From: Zancudomyces culisetae HAW-14-8
Lineage: Eukaryota; Fungi; Kickxellomycota
Assembly (NCBI GenBank): GCA_052426225.1
Contig: JBNJNM010000013.1
Span: 1,488,001 to 1,552,000, forward strand
DNA: 64,000 bases
Direction: 5' to 3'
In this document: one piece after another, positions 13,627-24,273 of the stretch
Position numbering within the stretch: position 1 is the stretch's first letter
How the letters are laid out: each line of letters opens with the position of its first letter
Notes under the pieces: model-generated
Told to the model about the DNA's origin: nothing
Seen by the model: the letters and a program-made list of their open reading frames with translations, nothing else
Database searches by the model: none
Position numbers and translations under genes: made by a program

Positions 13627-13890
13627 TGTTGTATGCAAAATAGAATGTTTGCATACTATTGGTTAATTTTATAGTTAGTAATTTATTAGTTTTTCTAGTA
13701 AAATTTAGTATTTAAGAAATTATTATTTTGAATCTTAAATAAATTGTCAAATTTTGACCCATATAAATGTTCCGGTTCCATTTATATGTATGACTAGAAA
13801 GTGGTAACTAGTTAAAAGGGTTAAACCCAGTCTAGTGATACCACCCCTCTAGTAGAACCAGTTAGAATTCATAATAAATTGAATCTAACA
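13627..13890. mobile_element. Solo LTR-like unit C1 (264 bp)
   Basis: TGTTGTATGC...CTAACA. TSD AAAT (13623-26) is restored on the right (AA 13891-92 + AT 14586-87) once C2 is removed. Confidence 0.65.
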
Positions 13891-13892
13891 AA

Positions 13893-14581
13893 TGTTGTAT
13901 GCTTAGTACTATCCAAGCTAAAGTATTGATTGAACAGCATACAGCTTCTCAAACACCGAATAACCACCGTTATCTCGGGTGTTCGAGCTAGTAATCTGGG
14001 ATTACTAGGGTGAAATTATCACCCAAAAAGTGAGTCAATATTAAGTTTTAATTGTTTTATTTTAAGTTTCTAATATATAAAGTTCTAATAAAATAGCTAG
14101 TCAGGTACTAGTATATTACTAGTAACCCCACCACAAGTTTGGTGGTTTTATCTTTTTATTTTTAAAAGTTATTAATTAAATAAAATACAAATTAGCTCTA
14201 AAATACTTGATTTTACTCTATAAAATTGAAATTTGTGATTTGAGCAAAAACCTACCTAAAACCAAAAAAAAACATAGGTAGTGAAGCGTAACACAATTTT
14301 CAAAGGGTATCAGAAAGGTATCAGAGTCTAATTTTTGGACCAAAATTAATCGTTTTGCACACCAAATTTTAGGAGTTGGGCGTAATTTTACCCAGTTTTA
14401 TCGCATTTATTGAAGTAATAAATACATAAAACTAAATTAAATATAAGCTAAAAAGGTAGGGTTGACTGGTTAAATAAAGTAAAACTTATTCCAGTAACAA
14501 TCCCCCTCTATTAGCAGAACTTTTTGTAGGTTTAGTTGCGGAAATTTCCTGAGAAATTTTATGCAATCTAAAATTACAACA
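13893..14581. mobile_element. Solo LTR-like unit C2 (689 bp)
   Basis: Perfect TGTTGTA...TACAACA inverted termini; TSD CAAA (13889-92 and 14582-85). Confidence 0.75.
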
Positions 14582-14587
14582 CAAAAT

Positions 14588-15022
14588 TGTCATATAATTA
14601 ATGATAGTTCATACCTTCTAGCTTTGATTGGCAGTTTATTTATCATATTTAGTTTATCATATTTAGTTTATCATATTTAGTTTATCATATTTATTTTATC
14701 ATATTTATTTCATTGGAGATTGGACTTTTCTCCCTATGGAGGGTTTTATCCAATTTCTATCCTTGATAACAGGTTAGTCGTTATCAGAAAAAGTTTTATA
14801 TTTAGTTTTAGTGATAACAAAAGATATATATAATTTATACATAGTTTTGAAGAAGAAAGAAAAAGAATAAAAAAAAAATAGGAGATACAAAAATTACAAC
14901 GGTACTAACTTCTTAAAACGAACTATTAGCAAGGGTGTAGGATAAAAACTATACAAGTGCGATAGAGTTCGGAGTTGAGTACATGGCCCCTATAAATGCA
15001 AACATATTAAAAATATATTACA
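14588..15022 (+). mobile_element. Solo LTR, family A (435 bp)
   Basis: Homologous to the LTRs of the intact element, with substitutions and two extra 14-bp TTTATCATATTTAG units; TSD AAAT (14584-87 and 15023-26). Confidence 0.93.
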
Positions 15023-15026
15023 AAAT

Positions 15027-15478
15027 TGTTATATAGTGGCGTAGATCACCTTTAACCACGATATAATCGGCACTCCAATTAGGTTTGTTTATCTATATTA
15101 TTTATATTATTAATATTGTAGGTCAAAATATATGCTCTGCTAAGGTTTATAATTAGTTTATTTAACATTACAAGGTATAGTTTAGTTTTTTTGATCTTCG
15201 GGTTTTTTCTAGATTAGAATTAATAACAAAAAAATAGGTTTAAATTATTATATAGTTTTATAGTAGTTTATTAAGTATTAGTTAGTTTTTAAGTTATAAA
15301 TACTTGAAGTTTTTCAGTAAGTCGAAAGATATCAATAAATTCAGTTTTGATCTATTTACTAGAAGTCTATAACTTATATATATTTTAAACTTGAATAAAT
15401 ATAGTTAAATACATATTTAGTTATCAAAGTAAATAACAGTTTTTAATTAAGCGAGGTTAAAGAGCCAACTCGCTAACA
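15027..15478. mobile_element. Solo LTR, family B copy 2 (452 bp)
   Basis: TGTTATATAG...CGCTAACA; diverged homolog of 13170-13623; no clean TSD seen. Confidence 0.8.
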
Positions 15479-15892
15479 ATCAAATGTCATATAATTAATG
15501 ATAGTTCATACCTTCTAGCTTTGATTGGCAGTTTATTTATCATATTTAGTTTATCATATTTATTTTATCATATTTATTTCATTGGAGATTGGACTTTTCT
15601 CCCTATGGAGGGTTTTATCCAATTTCTATCCTTGATAACAGGTTAGTCGTTATCAGGAAAAGTTTTATAATTAGTTTTAGAGATAACAAAAGATATATAT
15701 AATTTATACACAGTTTGGAAGAAGAAAATAAGAATAAAACAAAAATAAGATATACAAAAATTACGACTGTACTAACTTCAGAAAACGAACTATTAGCAAG
15801 GGTGTAGGATAAAAACTATACAAGTGCGATAGAGTTCGGAGTTGAGTACAAAGCCCCTAAAAAGGCAAACATATTTAAAATAATATTACAAT

Positions 15893-15909
15893 TGGCGCTC
15901 CCAGCTAGG
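15893..15909 (+). promoter_or_regulatory. Primer-binding site TGGCGCTCCCAGCTAGG
   Basis: Starts with TGG 2 nt after the 5' LTR; complementary to a tRNA ending ...TGGGAGCG-CCA (not tRNA-iMet and not the adjacent tRNA-Val). Confidence 0.8.
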
Positions 15910-15999
15910 CATAAGGCCAGCAAGAGTATAGGTTAGTGAAAAATAGTTAGGCTAAACAGCGTTAGCACCACAACAGTGAAGTGAAAGTTAGGAATAGGA

Positions 16000-18900
16000 A
16001 TGAATAAGCCAGAAATATTTGAGACGTCCAGCGGGACAGACCCCAGCGAGTGGGTTGAAAGATACCGTATCATCGCCAAGTTAAATAAGTGGGATCCTAA
16101 TGACTGGATCGATTTTGTGCAGCTATATTTGGGCAAACGTGAGGCAATATGGTACAAGAAATGTAAGGCAAACTTCACCACCTGGGAAGAATTCACAAAA
16201 CTGTTTGTTACAAAGTTTGGGCCAAAAGATCAGAGTTTGAAGTACGTAGAAAAGTTGAAATCATTGCGTCAAGAGGATTTTGAGTCGATAGAGGAGCTAG
16301 AGTACGAGTTGGAGGAGGTGTTGGAAAAAGCAAAAATTACAGAGGAGAGCCAGAAAACTAACTGGTTACTCAGCACGCTGACAGCTGAAAACAGAGTAAG
16401 AGTTAGGGATTCAGGTATGGAAAGTTGGTCAAACATTGTGGAGTTACTGAGCAAAGACGAGCAACAGCATGCTGGACAGAAAAAAACGGTTTTGGTAGAA
16501 AAAGATATCATACAGAAGCAGACAAAACCGCGCATTCAGCTACCTCATTCAGGCAGACCAATAAGTGACATGACGCAGGAGAACTTAGGATATGAGGTGA
16601 TGCTGAAGAAAATGGAGGAGTGGAGTGTTAATCTGTTGACAAAAGTGGATGAGATGGTAGAGAACAGATTACGAGAGAGTCGCCGTCCACGAATTCAGAA
16701 CTTTACCAGAGGACCAATCAAGTGTTTCACGTGTGGGCAAGAAGGACATAAGTCACCAGAATGCCCAAACAGAGACAAAAGGAAAGACAGTAGTGTCAAC
16801 TACATGGAGATAAAAACGCCAGAGATAGAAGACACGGAGTTATTTGCAGTGAACCGAGGCAGCAAAGGTAGAGATAGTTCAAAGCCGTATGCGTACAATG
16901 GTACCATTAGTGGCAGGAAGCCGATGCAAGTTAAACCTGTACCAGTTGTGCATGGACAGGAAGTAGAGGATATGAAAGTGGAGCCGGCGGGCGTGAATGT
17001 TACAACAGGAAACCAGTTTAGTACTGAAAAGGTGGCTATAAGCACAGAGGGGTCAAAGCAAAGGAACAAACTCATACCAAAGATAACAGAGGGTGTGGAG
17101 CCATTTAATTTAACTGCGGATCTTATGAACTACTACCCGCATATCAGCTTACCCCAGCTTATACAAGCCGCACCACACTTATCACAAGATATGGGACAGA
17201 TGGTTAAGAAAGTACGCAAGACTGAGCTTAATGAATTACAGGTAAAATCAGAAAGAACCACAAGTTGCAAGGTTGAGGTGAGAGTCTTCAGTCAAAAGAT
17301 CTGGGCAATTGTTGACACTGGAGCTGCATGCTCCGTGGCCACCCCCAGGTTGGCTTATAGATGGGGACTAGTAGCCGAAAGCACTGATGGGCAGGTCATA
17401 GTAACGGCTGACGGAAAGCGGCATGCTCCGTTGGGCACGATTAAGGAGGTGCCAATACAGATAGGAAATTATACATTTGCCGCTACACTCACGATCATGG
17501 ACAGAAAAGAGGATATCTTGATTCTAGGCACAGATTGGTTGTACAGGAATAGAGCAACTATAGATTTGTTGAAGAGTCAATTGAGCTTACCCATAGGCAA
17601 CCGCATGCTGATATCACCGCTTTATATAAGGTCAGTTACAGATGAGGATGAGTGGGAGGAAGCAGAGGTTTACTTAGTAATGGCACCAAACCAATTGAAA
17701 CTAGAGGAGGAGCAATGTCAGGATCCAAGGATACAGGAGTTGGTTGCTGATAACGAGGATTTATTCATCAAGGACATTAGCCAGTTGACACAAACTGATG
17801 TAACCCAGCATAGAATAGAACTAACGTCAGAAAGGCCAATAAAGCAGCGGCCTTACAGGATTCCGTTTCACCTGTATGAGAAAGTAAGAGAAGAACTGCG
17901 TGTCATGGAAAACAACGGAGTGATATCACCATGTACTTCTGAATGGTGCTCTCCTGTTGTGACCGTATGGAAGAAGGATGGTCGGTTGCGCATCTGTGCC
18001 GACTACAGGAAGCTTAATCAAATCACGCGAAAAGACTCCTACCCATTACCTACCATAGAGGATATATTCATGGCTTTGGCGGGCGCTACGGTATTCAGTT
18101 CCTTTGATGCGCTCAGTGGGTTTTGGCAGATACCCATGGCATCAGAGGACCGTAGCAAGACTGCATTTGCTATTCCTGGGAGTGGCACATACTGTTATAA
18201 CGTGATGCCATTCGGGCTCACCAACAGTCCTGCTTCCTTCCAGCGAATGATGGAGCAGGCTCTAGCCCCAGTGCTGTGGAAGACCACGGTTGTCTTCATT
18301 GACGACATTGTGGTGTATTCAAGAACTATTGATCAGCATATAGTCGATGTAAGGGAGGTTCTCGAATTGCTAAGAAAACACAAGATTCAGTTGCACGCAG
18401 ATAAGTGTAGGCTAGGTATGCGCAGCATAACTTATTTAGGACACACAGTCTCTGGAGAAGGAATCGAAACTAGTACAGATAAAATTAAGGCAATACAAAC
18501 TGCAAGCATTCCCAATAATGTAAAGGAGTTACAGTCCTTTCTTGGACTCACGGGCTATTACCGCAAGTTTGTAGAAAACTATGCGAGGGTTGTGTCACCA
18601 TTATTGAAGCTATTGAAGAAAAACACCCATTGGAACTGGGGTGAGGAACAACAAAAGGCAGTCGAAGATCTAAAATTGCAACTGAGTATGGCTCCGGTAT
18701 TAGCTCATCCGGACTGGATGAAGGAGTTTGTGGTGACAACAGATGCGTCGGTGGTTGGGATAGGCGCCATTCTCTCACAAACTTTTGATGATGGTGAGAA
18801 ACCCATTTGTTACCTAAGCAGAATACTAAATCCGCATGAACGCAATTACTCAGTAGCACACTTGGAAGGCCTAGCCGTGGTGTGGGCTGTCAAGAAGCTG

Positions 18901-20430
18901 AGACAGTATTTATGGGGAAAACATTTTGTAATTAGGACTGATCATAAATCACTCCTACAGTTGTTTAATGGTAAGGATATCACAGGACGAGTCGCCAGGT
19001 GGGCGATGATACTAAGGACATATGAGTATACTATCGAACACTGCCCTGGCAAGAAGAACCCGGCCGATGCCCTATCCAGATTACCTGGAGGAAACGAAAT
19101 AGATAAGCCTGAACTATTGGATATAATGTCATTGGATTTCTTATACTATTCTGCTATAACTAACTATTTAAAAACGCATGAGTATCCTCGAGGTGCCGAT
19201 GATAATTTTAGGATGAAGTTAAGAAACAAGGCAAAGAAGTACGTGATCAGGAATGATAAGCTAAGTCGTATAATCAAAGGTCAAGTGAAGGAGGTACTTC
19301 ATGAAAAGAATATAGAAGAAACTATACAAAAGATTCATGAAGAAGCACATCTAGGAATCGAAAACACATGGATAAAGGCTAAGGAGAAATTTACAGGCGA
19401 AGGATTATATGAAACAGTGAAGAAAGTAGTCAATGAATGCGAAACGTGCCAACGGTTCCGGGGAGGAAGGACTAGGAGAAACAACTTGAATCCAATATTT
19501 GCTCAAAAACCGTTTGGAATATTCGGCCTAGATGCTATCGGACCAATCAATCCGATTAGTGAGTCAGGCAACCGATTTATACTAACTGGAATAGACTATT
19601 TCACCAAGTGGCCGGTGGCGGCCGCTGTACCAAATATTAAAACAGAGACCATAATAAGTTTTATATTAACACATATAGTGCAAGTTTTTGGCGTTCCAAA
19701 CCAGATTATCACGGATCGGGGATCTGGATTCGTTAGCGATCTAGCAGAGCAGATGTACAAATACTTAGGGATTAGGCATACACCCACAACTCCATATCGT
19801 CCACAGTCCAATGGGCAAGTGGAGAGACTGAACCAAACGCTTAAAAACGCTTTGGTGAGACAATGCAGGGCCGATAAAGAACAGTGGGACAAGTATATTT
19901 GGAAGGCCCTATTGGCCATCCGAACTATGAGGAATAAGTCGACCAAATTCAGTCCATCAGAATTACTCTACGGAATGCAGATCGTTACACCTAGTGTGTG
20001 GGCACCCCCACCTGACGCAGACGATTTAGACCTCGCTATTCAGGAGCGAATTAGAGCCATAACTACTGATTTACCAGAGATGCGAACAGCGAGTGCTACT
20101 AACAATGTAGCAGCTAAGGAAAAGAATAAGGAGGTTTATAATAAGACGGTAAAAGTATCAGCGTTCAAGACAGGAGATCTGGTATTGAAACGGGTAGAAC
20201 AGACCGTTAGTAAGCTAGAAGAAGTCTGGGAGGGCCCCTACAAAGTTGAGAATGTATTATCCAAAGGCGCTTATATTATTTCAGATAATGTTGGTAATCG
20301 GGACTTAATCAATGGGGACTTACTAAAGGCATATCAGCACAGTCGATACATGATCCCAGAGGTGTCAGGTCCACTGAAAACTAAGTTGTATCGTTTCAAG
20401 ACTAATTCAGGAATAAGTCCAATCTGGTAG
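16000..20430 (+). CDS. Gag-Pol polyprotein, single ORF (gag-CCHC, PR, RT, RNase H, integrase)
   Basis: CFTCGQEGHKSPEC knuckle; IVDTGA protease; FIDD RT; TTDAS RNase H; HHCC, D-D(ITDRG)-E(QVERLN) and WEGPY integrase; no chromodomain evident. Confidence 0.97.
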   Translation: MNKPEIFETSSGTDPSEWVERYRIIAKLNKWDPNDWIDFVQLYLGKREAIWYKKCKANFTTWEEFTKLFVTKFGPKDQSLKYVEKLKSLRQEDFESIEELEYELEEVLEKAKITEESQKTNWLLSTLTAENRVRVRDSGMESWSNIVELLSKDEQQHAGQKKTVLVEKDIIQKQTKPRIQLPHSGRPISDMTQENLGYEVMLKKMEEWSVNLLTKVDEMVENRLRESRRPRIQNFTRGPIKCFTCGQEGHKSPECPNRDKRKDSSVNYMEIKTPEIEDTELFAVNRGSKGRDSSKPYAYNGTISGRKPMQVKPVPVVHGQEVEDMKVEPAGVNVTTGNQFSTEKVAISTEGSKQRNKLIPKITEGVEPFNLTADLMNYYPHISLPQLIQAAPHLSQDMGQMVKKVRKTELNELQVKSERTTSCKVEVRVFSQKIWAIVDTGAACSVATPRLAYRWGLVAESTDGQVIVTADGKRHAPLGTIKEVPIQIGNYTFAATLTIMDRKEDILILGTDWLYRNRATIDLLKSQLSLPIGNRMLISPLYIRSVTDEDEWEEAEVYLVMAPNQLKLEEEQCQDPRIQELVADNEDLFIKDISQLTQTDVTQHRIELTSERPIKQRPYRIPFHLYEKVREELRVMENNGVISPCTSEWCSPVVTVWKKDGRLRICADYRKLNQITRKDSYPLPTIEDIFMALAGATVFSSFDALSGFWQIPMASEDRSKTAFAIPGSGTYCYNVMPFGLTNSPASFQRMMEQALAPVLWKTTVVFIDDIVVYSRTIDQHIVDVREVLELLRKHKIQLHADKCRLGMRSITYLGHTVSGEGIETSTDKIKAIQTASIPNNVKELQSFLGLTGYYRKFVENYARVVSPLLKLLKKNTHWNWGEEQQKAVEDLKLQLSMAPVLAHPDWMKEFVVTTDASVVGIGAILSQTFDDGEKPICYLSRILNPHERNYSVAHLEGLAVVWAVKKLRQYLWGKHFVIRTDHKSLLQLFNGKDITGRVARWAMILRTYEYTIEHCPGKKNPADALSRLPGGNEIDKPELLDIMSLDFLYYSAITNYLKTHEYPRGADDNFRMKLRNKAKKYVIRNDKLSRIIKGQVKEVLHEKNIEETIQKIHEEAHLGIENTWIKAKEKFTGEGLYETVKKVVNECETCQRFRGGRTRRNNLNPIFAQKPFGIFGLDAIGPINPISESGNRFILTGIDYFTKWPVAAAVPNIKTETIISFILTHIVQVFGVPNQIITDRGSGFVSDLAEQMYKYLGIRHTPTTPYRPQSNGQVERLNQTLKNALVRQCRADKEQWDKYIWKALLAIRTMRNKSTKFSPSELLYGMQIVTPSVWAPPPDADDLDLAIQERIRAITTDLPEMRTASATNNVAAKEKNKEVYNKTVKVSAFKTGDLVLKRVEQTVSKLEEVWEGPYKVENVLSKGAYIISDNVGNRDLINGDLLKAYQHSRYMIPEVSGPLKTKLYRFKTNSGISPIW

Positions 20431-20439
20431 GGGGGTAAC
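20426..20439 (+). promoter_or_regulatory. Polypurine tract overlapping the pol stop codon
   Basis: GGTAGGGGGGTAAC directly before the 3' LTR. Confidence 0.85.
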
Positions 20440-20853
20440 TGTCATATAATTAATGATAGTTCATACCTTCTAGCTTTGATTGGCAGTTTATTTATCATAT
20501 TTAGTTTATCATATTTATTTTATCATATTTATTTCATTGGAGATTGGACTTTTCTCCCTATGGAGGGTTTTATCCAATTTCTATCCTTGATAACAGGTTA
20601 GTCGTTATCAGGAAAAGTTTTATAATTAGTTTTAGAGATAACAAAAGATATATATAATTTATACACAGTTTGGAAGAAGAAAATAAGAATAAAACAAAAA
20701 TAAGATATACAAAAATTACGACTGTACTAACTTCAGAAAACGAACTATTAGCAAGGGTGTAGGATAAAAACTATACAAGTGCGATAGAGTTCGGAGTTGA
20801 GTACAAAGCCCCTAAAAAGGCAAACATATTTAAAATAATATTACACAAATATA

Positions 20854-20926
20854 AGAGCTGTGGTGTAGTGGCTATCACGTCTGCTTCACACGCAGAAGGT
20901 CTTGGGTTCGATCCCCAACAGCTCTA
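20854..20926 (+). tRNA. tRNA-Val(CAC)
   Basis: Acceptor AGAGCTG/CAGCTCT, D arm GTG..CAC, anticodon arm TCTGC-TTCACAC-GCAGA, T arm TTGGG-TTCGATC-CCCAA, discriminator A, TTTT terminator at 20930-33. Confidence 0.95.
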
Positions 20927-23222
20927 CACTTTTACAAGTAGTCTAATATACATTTTTACATATATCTATATATACATTTTTACTTTTCGCTATTATTTTA
21001 TAGCTTATACTATTTTTTGCTAAATAATATAAACTATAGTAGTTAACGGCAGAATAGTTTTTGCTCGAATTATAACTATATATTTGCAGAATTTGATTGC
21101 CATGAGAACTGTAGTATAACGGCTACATACTTTTTGTTAGCGAATCAATTGCGATTCCTTAGTAGTAGATAACTACCAATGATAGCTAGCAGAATATATA
21201 GTAATAATGATCAAGATAGTAAAGTGAATAACAAACCGAATTAACGAGAGCGGACAACGAAAATAGCATTTTTAGCCTTTCTAACAAGAATATACTTTGC
21301 ATATACGTTTATATATACTTAATAATTGAAAATTGCACCTTACTGATATAGTTTACTTAGTGTTTTATTAGTATTATATCAATAATAAAAGGTATTTAAA
21401 ACATTCTTCATACGGCAAACAGAACTAGTGAAGTGATCCGAGACCTGAGTATAACTGACATAATCTGTGCTATACCAAACTCAACCATCACATTAGCTGA
21501 AAAATATATAAGATAATTAATACATCTACGATATATTACAGAGCAGAGATTACAATAATAAAATCGATCTAGGCTTGCAAACTGAATATCAACGTGAAAA
21601 TAGTGAGAGCTGACAACAAATTAAACATCTTAGCTTTGCTTAGCGGAATATTCCTTACATATAAGTTTATTTATATAATAATTTCATCTAGTATTAAGTA
21701 TTATTATTTATTATTAGTGTTCATACTTATGACATCAATTTTAAAAGTAGTTTTAACATTTATAATCGGCAATCAGAACTAGCTAATTGATCCGAGACCT
21801 GATTATAACTAAATACCAGAGCTACACCTAACTATGCTATCATTGGCTTAATAATATTTCTTCTAATAATATCATTTTTTTTACTATCTAACTATATTTT
21901 AGTTTGGTTTTAATGATATTTTCTAATCAGGATTGACTATATTTATTTATAATTTATTCTTGTTGTTATATTCATTACATTAGTATTTTATTTTATTCAT
22001 CAGATATTTTAATCTTTTTATTCACTTGTCGAATGTATTTAAACTATGAATACTATATTCTATATCAAAATATAATTATAAGTATTATAAGGTCCATTCA
22101 TTTATAAATATAGCTGGAGCTTTATTCAAATTTATTAGCCTACAAATACAATAGTGGATATTATTTGTATACTCTATAAATTGTAACATTAACTATAAAC
22201 ATACGGATGTTTAGATTGTTAAAGAACAATTGAGATAAAACATTAGTAATTACTTTACGAGGATTGAATACTCTTTAATATTATGGGTATGCATTATGTT
22301 AGTCAAATCATAATGTTTTTATTTAACAGGATTATTTTAGTTATGGGCTAAATTATCGACAATAAAACTTTTCAAGAGATATCATAATATATTACACACA
22401 TGCACATTTTGCATCTAATTCTACATATTTTAATCATTATTATAAAATTGTATCTACCATATGTTATAATATTATTATAATGTTTTTAAAGTTTATGACT
22501 CTGTTCAGATTTTACTTTTTATTCAATCTATTCTAATAATTTTGATTTTATTTCATAGGTGTATAACAATTTATTTAAATTGGTATATATCTAATTTAAC
22601 AAAAAGTGTACTTTCTTTAAAAACATAATTTTTTATTTTGACTCTATCGTAATTAATTGCTTTATATAAATATATACGACTGTCTTATCACTCCGAATAA
22701 TACAAAATAAGTATACTCCTCTTCAAGCTGCTTTAATGTTCCTAAATCTGATTTACTTGGCTCGTTGGTCTCCAATTTGTTTTATTAAGTACCACTTCAA
22801 ATATTTCTTTAATTTTGCCAAATAGTGTTTGATAATCCATTTTAGTAAACATTTTATAGTATTGGATGTAAATTTAAGGGTATAATTTTGGTTTTTCAAC
22901 TATTATGTTATTTTACTGAATGCTTATTGGCGAAATTTTAATTTGCCTCTCTGATATTTTATTAAATTGCATTACTTCATTTCCCTTAATTTTTTTTCTA
23001 CAATATTTCAGTTGACCTAATTGGCTATCTAGCACATGACTTGATTTTTTCTTGGTATGTGTGTTTAGTAATAATTTAATTCTGCTTTACAAAATGCGCA
23101 TTATTTCATTTCCCTTTAAATATGTTTCTACATTTGTTTTAGTACCTTTACGACATTAAAATAAAATATAAATTTAGTGTACAATCTTAAACTACTATAG
23201 TTCTGATGAAATATTAAAGAAA

Positions 23223-24225
23223 ATGACGAAAAAAATGGATCGAAACAGCATGTTTGACAATTACGAGAGCGAATTTCTGGAAATTCTATCAAATGTTCAA
23301 TCTGAGCTTGAAGGAAATCTCAATAGATTAAGGGGAGGTAATTAATTTCTAAAGACTATTACAGCATGTATGAGCAATAAGTAATTAATTCTGAATTTAC
23401 AATCTAAAATATATAAATTAGAGCAAAAGAAAATCGCATTAAAAGCAATCGAGAAGGATTTGAATGAATCTGATGAACTTGTAGGTCACCTTTTGCTTTA
23501 AAGTCAATCATAAATATCTTCTATGGAATTTAAAATGTGACAGTATGGTCTAATTTTTATAACATAGGTAGACCAAATGGAAATAGAAATTACAAATCTT
23601 AGGGGGCCAGAAAAGATGCAACTAATTCCAAAGGTTCGGAGGTACAAAGCACGTGTTGCTGGATTAAAAAAATCATTAGTAAGTATATATGCTTTTTATT
23701 TTGTTTTAACATTTATTTGTAGATAATTTGGGTTGTTGATGTACGCAAGTCTAAAAGTAAAGGTATATTAACGAAAAAAATTAATAAACACCAAAGAGCG
23801 AGGTCGTACATAGGATGGGTGGGATCGACAGTAGCAGAGAAGAACTCTTTGGTTCTGGCGGTTGGAATAGATCCAGACAGTATGAGGATTATTCAGATGA
23901 TGATGGATATGATCAGAGAGCACGCTTACTCGCAGGGACTGAGGTGATAGAACAAGGTGGAAGACGGATTCAAGATAGCCATAGGATAGCTATTGAAACT
24001 GAGGCTGTCGGAGCAAATATTCTGAACGACCTGAGATTACAAAGAGAGCAGATCCAGCATACCAGAAGCACTCTATTGGAGGCAGATGCTCACATAGATT
24101 CCTCACAGAGGGTATTGAAGACGATGATACGGAGGATGGCAGCGTCAAAAATGGTTTATTACGCTGCAATCATTATAACTATTTGCCTAATTCTTTTGAT
24201 TTTATATCTTAAACTTTCAAAGTAG
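23223..24225 (+). CDS. VTI1: Qb-SNARE Vti1 (4 exons: ~23223-23337, 23423-23480, 23568-23678, 23797-24225)
   Basis: FDNYESEF N-terminus, VDQMEIEI, DQRARLLAGTE...RIQDSHRIAIETEAVGANILNDLRLQREQI, C-terminal TM; GT-AG introns. Confidence 0.92.
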
Positions 24226-24273
24226 CATTTTTTCTAAATATACTGTATTTATGGCTCTACCATTTGCGTAAAA

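Larger units (their letters stand above)
15485..20845 (+). mobile_element. Intact Ty3/gypsy LTR retrotransposon (5361 bp), family A
   Basis: 406-bp LTRs at 15485-15890 and 20440-20845 (TGTCA...TTACA), identical by eye; TSD CAAA (15481-84 and 20846-49); PBS and PPT present; single intact ORF. Confidence 0.97.

Noticed and set aside
15933-19946. Antisense ORFs inside gag-pol, and similar shadow ORFs opposite CNB1, GCLM, SNU13 and the 39.3-kb gene
   Set aside because: They are reverse-frame shadows of real CDSs with no independent motifs.
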